A stretch of 64,000 bases of DNA from Poseidonia sp. (GTDB lineage: Archaea; Thermoplasmatota; Poseidoniia; Poseidoniales; Poseidoniaceae): the NCBI GenBank assembly GCA_030827475.1, contig JAUREJ010000005.1, positions 2,128 through 66,127 on the forward strand, given 5' to 3'. A program made the position numbers and the translations under genes. Below, in pieces: positions 58,595-64,000 of this stretch (its first letter is position 1; the number at the start of each line of letters is the position of its first letter). Below the pieces are notes generated by a model that saw only the letters and a program-made list of their open reading frames with translations, was not told the origin of the DNA and made no database searches.

Positions 58595-59395
58595 ATGAAG
58601 CACCCTACATGGCTATCGACCATCGGACGGGTGGCATTCATCAACTGCGATCCTCTCTTTTACGGGTTGTCCCGCCAATGGAACGTTCTCGCTGCTCCCC
58701 CATCTTGGCTGACCGGCCATGTCTTGCGAAAAGATTGCATTCTTGCGCCGATTCCAGCTGCTGATTATGCGAAACATGCGGATGAACTTCTTTTGTTGCC
58801 GGACATTGGCATCGGGAGCCAAGGTGAGGTTGGAAGCGTCCTTCTGTTTGGTGCTATTCCACTCGATGCGATGAAAACCATAGCCCTGCCCTCAGACTCC
58901 GCAACATCAGTTGCCCTTTTGAAGCACCTTGTCTCAAAGCGTGGAATGGGCATGAACTACGTTGATACAGGACCTGATTACGACGCGATGATGTCGCTTG
59001 CTGACGGTGCTCTCTTGATCGGAGACCGAGCATTGGAAGCAGCGAGAGAGTTTCCGGAAATGGTCCAAATGGACCTCGGCAAGGCTTGGATGGAGCTGGA
59101 GGGGCTACCGATGATCTTCGGTGTCTTCGTCGCACGAAGGGACACGCCCGTCGAGGCTCTTAAGGAGGCTCACTCGGCCTTGGTTGAGAATTTGGCTGCA
59201 TTTGAGTCTGGGGGTCAACGAAGGGAGGAGGTTATCGTTGGATCAATGAAAAAATCCGGTCTCGCTTACGAACGCCTCGACCAATATTACGGAGAGGTGT
59301 TTAATCGCCTTGATGACCACCATTTGGAAGGCTTGTTTCGGTTCCTTTCCGAAGCCTGCGGGATGGGGGCACCCCCTGAATTTGCATTGATTTGA
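58595..59395 (+). CDS. mqnA: Chorismate dehydratase (futalosine pathway)
   Basis: FINCDPL, GEVGSVLL, SATSVAL, LLIGDRAL and DLGKAW..GLPMIFGV motifs. Confidence 0.9.
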   Translation: MKHPTWLSTIGRVAFINCDPLFYGLSRQWNVLAAPPSWLTGHVLRKDCILAPIPAADYAKHADELLLLPDIGIGSQGEVGSVLLFGAIPLDAMKTIALPSDSATSVALLKHLVSKRGMGMNYVDTGPDYDAMMSLADGALLIGDRALEAAREFPEMVQMDLGKAWMELEGLPMIFGVFVARRDTPVEALKEAHSALVENLAAFESGGQRREEVIVGSMKKSGLAYERLDQYYGEVFNRLDDHHLEGLFRFLSEACGMGAPPEFALI

Positions 59396-59454
59396 CCTCC
59401 CTTGTTTCGATTTTCCAACGGTTGGTTCTTGAAGGGGCCGCGTTTAGCCGAAGC

Positions 59455-60333
59455 ATGGTGGTTGAACTTCCTCTTGATTCGGACGGGAACAAAATCGTAC
59501 GAATAGGCCACAGCCCAGATCCGGATGACGCCTTTATGTTTCATGCCATGACCACGGGAGCGTTCCCCACGCCCGGGTACACTTTCGTTCACGAATTGCA
59601 AGATATTGAGACGTTGAATCAACGGGCGATGAATCAAGATCTCGAAGTTTCAGCAGTTTCCATTCATGCTTATCCCGACATCGCTGAACATTACGCCTTA
59701 ATGAACTGCGGGGCATCGATGGGCGAGGGCTACGGCCCCATGGTGGTTTGCAAGCAAGGCGTGACCGAGGCCGAGGCCAGGGCGGGCGTCATCGCCGTCC
59801 CGGGTTTGAAAACCAGTGCCTATCTTGGTCTTCGGTTAGCTTGGGGAGATGTATCCGTGGCCGTCGTGCCCTTTGACGAGATCATCCCCCGAATCCTTGA
59901 CGACACATACGTCAGCGGGCTGATTATTCACGAAGGCCAGCTTACCTATGTCGACCACGACTTGGATGTTTTGGTTGACCTTGGCAAGTGGTGGAACGGC
60001 CGAACAGAGAACTGGCCGATGCCTCTGGGTGGAAACGTGGTACGCCGAGATTTGGGTGAAAGCGTCATGGAGGACATCACAAAATACACCAAGATGAGCA
60101 TTGAATACGCCCTCCACTCCCCCGGAGAAGCGCTTGAGTTTGCTAAAGCCTGGGGAAGGGGTATTGATGATGAAACGAATCAGGCCTTCGTCAGTATGTA
60201 TGTGAATGACCGAACAATCGATTACCGGGATGAAGGCCGAAAATCCATCCAACGCTTCATCAAAGAAGGTCAAGAGATCGGCCTCATCCGGGACGATTTT
60301 GACACGGACTCGATGGTCTTTATCGGCGCGTGA
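59455..60333 (+). CDS. mqnD: 1,4-dihydroxy-6-naphthoate synthase
   Basis: GHSPDPDDAFMF, DIETLN, SMGEGYGP, IIHEGQLTY, PLGGN and MYVN motifs. Confidence 0.93.
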   Translation: MVVELPLDSDGNKIVRIGHSPDPDDAFMFHAMTTGAFPTPGYTFVHELQDIETLNQRAMNQDLEVSAVSIHAYPDIAEHYALMNCGASMGEGYGPMVVCKQGVTEAEARAGVIAVPGLKTSAYLGLRLAWGDVSVAVVPFDEIIPRILDDTYVSGLIIHEGQLTYVDHDLDVLVDLGKWWNGRTENWPMPLGGNVVRRDLGESVMEDITKYTKMSIEYALHSPGEALEFAKAWGRGIDDETNQAFVSMYVNDRTIDYRDEGRKSIQRFIKEGQEIGLIRDDFDTDSMVFIGA

Positions 60334-60342
60334 GGTTTGCAC

Positions 60343-60831
60343 ATGGACGGTGACACCCCTCGCCCCCAAGTTAGTCAATACGGGTCCGTTGACCCAGCCC
60401 CCCCTGAACAAAACGGCGAACTGCTTTCTTGGACAGGAACCTTGTGCGATGAACAAGAACCGATGTTCCAACGTATGCGCGCTGTCTTTGCTCTCCGAAA
60501 CCAAAGCAGCGATGAAGCCTGCCTCGCTCTCTGCAAGGGGTTTGCCAGCACCAGTGCGCTGCTTCGCCATGAGATCGCCTATGTCCTCGGACAGATGCAA
60601 AACCCTGTTGCCCTTCCAACGTTAATACAACGTCTCGAAGACGAAAACGAGCACGTCATGGTGCGCCATGAAGCGGCTGAAGCGATGGGGGCCATCGGTG
60701 ACCGGTCGGTGATTCCCATCCTTGAACGATTCTCCAACGACCCACTCCCCGAGGTCGCAGAATCGTGCGTTGTCGCTCTCGATCTGCTGGCGTGGGTGCA
60801 ACGTGCAGAATTTGCTCAAACTGAATGGTGA
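60343..60831 (+). CDS. Half-length deoxyhypusine hydroxylase (DOHH)-like HEAT-repeat protein
   Basis: YGSVDPAPP, PMFQRMRAVFALRN, SALLRHEIAYVLGQMQ, MVRHEAAEAMGAI and EVAESCVVALD motifs. Confidence 0.8.
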   Translation: MDGDTPRPQVSQYGSVDPAPPEQNGELLSWTGTLCDEQEPMFQRMRAVFALRNQSSDEACLALCKGFASTSALLRHEIAYVLGQMQNPVALPTLIQRLEDENEHVMVRHEAAEAMGAIGDRSVIPILERFSNDPLPEVAESCVVALDLLAWVQRAEFAQTEW

Positions 60832-60884
60832 GCGACCTCAAGTTCAAAGACTAGGATGCACACCCCAAATTAGGAAGGAGACTC

Positions 60885-61094
60885 ATGCCTCACGACCACA
60901 TTCAACTTGCCCAAGCCCCAAACGGCGAACTTGGCCCACGCTGCCACAACTGCGGTGTGAGGTTGACGTTCGGCAACGCCATGGTCGTCGACAAATACTA
61001 CATGTGTTGGGAGCACTATGTTGAAGCCACCGGTGCCGACACGGCCACCGAAGTCGCTCAAGCCGACGAACGCTTCTGGATGAAGCACGAATAG
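60885..61094 (+). CDS. Small zinc-finger protein
   Basis: CHNC..CWEH motif in 69 aa, with an AGGAG RBS. Confidence 0.7.
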   Translation: MPHDHIQLAQAPNGELGPRCHNCGVRLTFGNAMVVDKYYMCWEHYVEATGADTATEVAQADERFWMKHE

Positions 61095-61132
61095 AACGGT
61101 CGCCTTCAAGAACCCTCAACCCTCAGTTCCGG

Positions 61133-62344
61133 TTGGGGACGACGACTTTGAGTGGATGGGCAAAGGTTGCGCACCGGTTTGGCCAATATTACCGGCATGC
61201 TCCATTGTGGTCCCCGCCTCGCATCCGAACACGCGAATGGATGTTCATTCCTTTTGGTGGTGCCCCACCTCTTCGGCACAAGTCGTTTTCCGATGTAGAG
61301 CAGGTTCAACGCTTCCTCTCCGAAAGGGCCATGCACTCGTGCTTCTATTCAACGGCATACTGGCGGCGACCTCACGAGTTGAAAATGGCGGACAAACTCT
61401 GGCAGGGTGCTGATTTGATTTTTGATTTGGACGGAGACCATCTCCCCGGCGTGACGGACAAAGATTTTCCTGGCATGCTTCAGGTGATTCAAGAACAGGC
61501 ATGGACGCTTTGGAACGATTTCTTAGAACCTGAATTTGGATTTCATGAAGAGCACCTCCAAGTGACCTTTTCTGGGCATCGAGGATTCCATCTGCACTAC
61601 CGAGATCCTCGCCTGTTTCACTTGGACTCGGAAGCCCGCAGGGAACTGGTGTCGCACATTCGCGGCGAAGGTGTGGATGTGCAAGGTGGATTGGCGAGGT
61701 ACCACGATACTGACGCCCGAGGCTGGACGGAACGCATTCGAAGCGGCATGGACGATATGATCGTCAAATTGCGCCATATTCACCGGGGTACAGAAGATGG
61801 ACATGGTCAGTTGACACGCCTTGAATCTGCGCTTCAAGCCCTCCAAGACCGGGAGGGTGTCACCTCGCAACGCTCAGCTTCCGCCATCAAACGTCTCGCA
61901 GAATTGACCGACCACGATGGCCGAATACAACGCCTCAAAGACGGTCGATTTGATGTTCTCGGGAACTACCAAGGCTTGTTCCTGAACCTCTTGAAGGCGG
62001 ACGCTTCGGTCGTCCTCGGTAACGCAGGAGAAACCGACGAGGTGGTCACCATCGATGTCCGCCGTCAGATTCGTTGGCCGACTTCCCTTCACGGCAAATC
62101 AGGCATGCGAGTGAGTGAATTCCCGCTCGCAAGGCTTGACCCGGATGGAGGTCGCCCCTACAATCCACTGATGGAGGCTTTTGTCCTCGGCATGGACGAC
62201 GCACATGAAATGGAATGGACGGTCGATGATGCTGTTGTACAATTTGGCGAACACCGGTTAGAGAGCAAAAAAGGAAAGCGATTTTCTATCCATGAATCCG
62301 GAGCAACCTTCCTCATTCTGAAAGGATGGGCTGACTTCGTTTGA
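61133..62344 (+). CDS. priS: DNA primase small (catalytic) subunit
   Basis: YSTAYW, GADLIFDLDGDHL, FSGHRGFHL and DEVVTIDVRRQIRWPTSLHGKSG motifs. Start uncertain. Confidence 0.94.
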   Translation: MGTTTLSGWAKVAHRFGQYYRHAPLWSPPRIRTREWMFIPFGGAPPLRHKSFSDVEQVQRFLSERAMHSCFYSTAYWRRPHELKMADKLWQGADLIFDLDGDHLPGVTDKDFPGMLQVIQEQAWTLWNDFLEPEFGFHEEHLQVTFSGHRGFHLHYRDPRLFHLDSEARRELVSHIRGEGVDVQGGLARYHDTDARGWTERIRSGMDDMIVKLRHIHRGTEDGHGQLTRLESALQALQDREGVTSQRSASAIKRLAELTDHDGRIQRLKDGRFDVLGNYQGLFLNLLKADASVVLGNAGETDEVVTIDVRRQIRWPTSLHGKSGMRVSEFPLARLDPDGGRPYNPLMEAFVLGMDDAHEMEWTVDDAVVQFGEHRLESKKGKRFSIHESGATFLILKGWADFV

Positions 62345-62439
62345 GTTGGTGCCTGCCGGGCATCAGACCTTCTCCAACGATTGCATTTTGAGGTAAGGTT
62401 CAAGGGTGGTTTCTTCCCCCTTAGGACGAGGTGAGGGTC

Positions 62440-63426
62440 ATGGGTCTGCGGCGAGGGAAGAAAAGCAAGGCCGTAGACAGCCCTCTTCCGATGCCAAATC
62501 TTCCTCCTCCGGGCGGCTTGCCAGCCCCTCTACCACTTCCACCAGGTGGCGCTCCCCTCCCGCCTTTGCCCGGTGTTCAGCCGGCTCCCCTCCCAGCACC
62601 AATCCCCGCACCAGCAAGTGCCAACCCTCTCCCCCCCGCACCGCTCCCTTCGGCTCCTGTGCCTGTTAACGACCCTAACACCACGCTGTCCGGACTCGTT
62701 GAAGAAAAGGGGTACAACGACCTATGGGCCAAAAGGTCGGAAAAACCGTTGCAACAGATCTACGGCCACATCGACAGAATCAGCAACAAAGAAGCTGGGT
62801 CGTTGTTGGACCGCTATGCTGACCGCTTTGGGCACTCGCTTGACAGGGAGATCATCGTTATGCGAAAAGCAGCGGTTGAAGAAAAAGTCGCGGAAATACG
62901 GGATGCTCCTACGGTTGAACTCATTGAAGAGGAACCCGCAGAAACCTTGACAGAACTCCAACGGGTTGAAAACGAACTCCGTGCCCTTAAACCGCTCTAT
63001 CAGGAAGCAAAAGATTTGGGTGACAAAGCCACCCTGGCCGAACTCACCCCGACGCTTCAATCCCTCATGGCCCAACGTAAGGCACTGAAGTCCGAAGGTG
63101 CAAGTGGTCCTACCGAGCCAACAACCGCAGTTGCCGCATCGGCTGACGATGACATGTTCGTGCAGTTCGTTTCAATCGTCGATGATTTGCTGGGTGAGCA
63201 TTTGCCGGAAGAAATCGTCAATGCATTCGTCGCGAGCCCTGACTTTGACACCTACAGGGCAGTGCTCGCAGACCCAGCAGGTGTTGACGAATCAACTCGT
63301 TCCTCGTTTTGCAACATGGTTGATGACCAACTTGGAAACATGTTCCCTGAATCCATCGAGGCGTTCATCGCTTCGCCGGAATTTGAAGTTTATCGCCAAG
63401 TAGGCGAGCAGTACAAGGATGCGTGA
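62440..63426 (+). CDS. Hypothetical protein with polyproline N-terminus, coiled coil and duplicated C-terminal motif
   Basis: About 60-aa Pro-rich tract and two copies of VDDxLG..PE.I.AFxASPxFxxYRxV. Confidence 0.75.
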   Translation: MGLRRGKKSKAVDSPLPMPNLPPPGGLPAPLPLPPGGAPLPPLPGVQPAPLPAPIPAPASANPLPPAPLPSAPVPVNDPNTTLSGLVEEKGYNDLWAKRSEKPLQQIYGHIDRISNKEAGSLLDRYADRFGHSLDREIIVMRKAAVEEKVAEIRDAPTVELIEEEPAETLTELQRVENELRALKPLYQEAKDLGDKATLAELTPTLQSLMAQRKALKSEGASGPTEPTTAVAASADDDMFVQFVSIVDDLLGEHLPEEIVNAFVASPDFDTYRAVLADPAGVDESTRSSFCNMVDDQLGNMFPESIEAFIASPEFEVYRQVGEQYKDA

Positions 63427-63431
63427 GAACC

Positions 63432-64000
63432 ATGGGACTACTTGACAAAGCCGGTACGACCGCCGAAGAAAAAAAGACACCTGCACCGAAAACGGTGGTG
63501 ACCGCTACGCAGCCAGCGGAATCAGCGAAGGCCAAACCAACGAAGGCTGCAAAAGCCGCAAAAACCACCAAACCAAAGGCACCGAAAGCACGGCCAATGG
63601 GCCTTGCTGATGATTATGAACTCGCCTCAAACATGAACCGGCGCATTTCTTGGCTCGTCAACTTTGCAATTAACTTTGGAGTCCTTTCTGCAGCGTTGGT
63701 TATGATGTTGTCCGACACCAATGTGGTGACGACCATTCTTGTGGCCGTGAGCGGCGTAATCATCATACTTAACGGCATTTTCATTCCAATGAAGTTCTCT
63801 CGAAACCTAGGCCAATTCGTTTCGCGAACGAAATTCATCCGCGGCGATGGAACCAATCCATTGTTTCTCCACGGCATTCTAGTCAACATGAGTGGTCTGC
63901 TTTCACTGATTGGAATCATACTTGTTGCCACACAAATTCAGAACCTCACCGATACAGACAACACCGGCGCCATCATCATGTTCTCGTTGGGTACCATATT
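63432..64000 (+). CDS. Membrane protein, RDD-like, with Lys/Ala/Pro-rich N-terminus (runs off the window)
   Basis: Not in the ORF track. Manual translation gives MGLLDKAG..., ELASNMNRRISWLVN, TM helices and RNLGQFVSR, open to the window end. Confidence 0.7.
   Translation, partial: MGLLDKAGTTAEEKKTPAPKTVVTATQPAESAKAKPTKAAKAAKTTKPKAPKARPMGLADDYELASNMNRRISWLVNFAINFGVLSAALVMMLSDTNVVTTILVAVSGVIIILNGIFIPMKFSRNLGQFVSRTKFIRGDGTNPLFLHGILVNMSGLLSLIGIILVATQIQNLTDTDNTGAIIMFSLGTI

Noticed and set aside
62480..62670. C-rich low-complexity DNA as a tandem repeat or CRISPR array
   Set aside because: It is explained by proline codons in a CDS. I found no regularly spaced direct repeats anywhere in the window.

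Overview
A gene-dense archaeal chromosomal segment, most likely from a Marine Group II (Ca. Poseidoniales, Thermoplasmatota) genome. This assignment is inferred from gene content and protein style, not from a database search. The window holds about 57 CDS and one tRNA-Arg(CCG), mostly housekeeping. These include the proteasome/exosome superoperon (psmA-SBDS-rrp4-rrp41-rrp42-rpl37ae-pcc1-pfdB-DHH), rps12-rps7-EF2, RFC-L, GlyRS, TiaS, Dph6, KptA, PriS, PurB, TrkAH, split transketolase plus transaldolase, an OPT transporter, a P-type ATPase, isoprenoid genes (IPK, IDI1-GGPPS fusion, thiolase, DUF35, UbiD-family) and futalosine genes (mqnE-mqnA-mqnD). No CRISPR array, transposase, integrase or rRNA was seen. 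The most notable oddity is a half-length deoxyhypusine hydroxylase (DOHH)-like protein with both His-Glu motifs and the SVDPAPP linker of the eukaryotic enzyme. Others are a MamK/salactin-like actin, a Get3/ArsA ATPase with a C-terminal HSP20-like domain (missed by the ORF track), a ~1760-aa Lhr helicase, a Walker-A-dead RadB-like protein, an eroded HMGS-DUF35 fusion, a structured rps7-EF2 spacer, and a recurring non-canonical promoter motif (YTCATRA) 29-30 nt upstream of start codons. All family calls come from motif recognition by eye.
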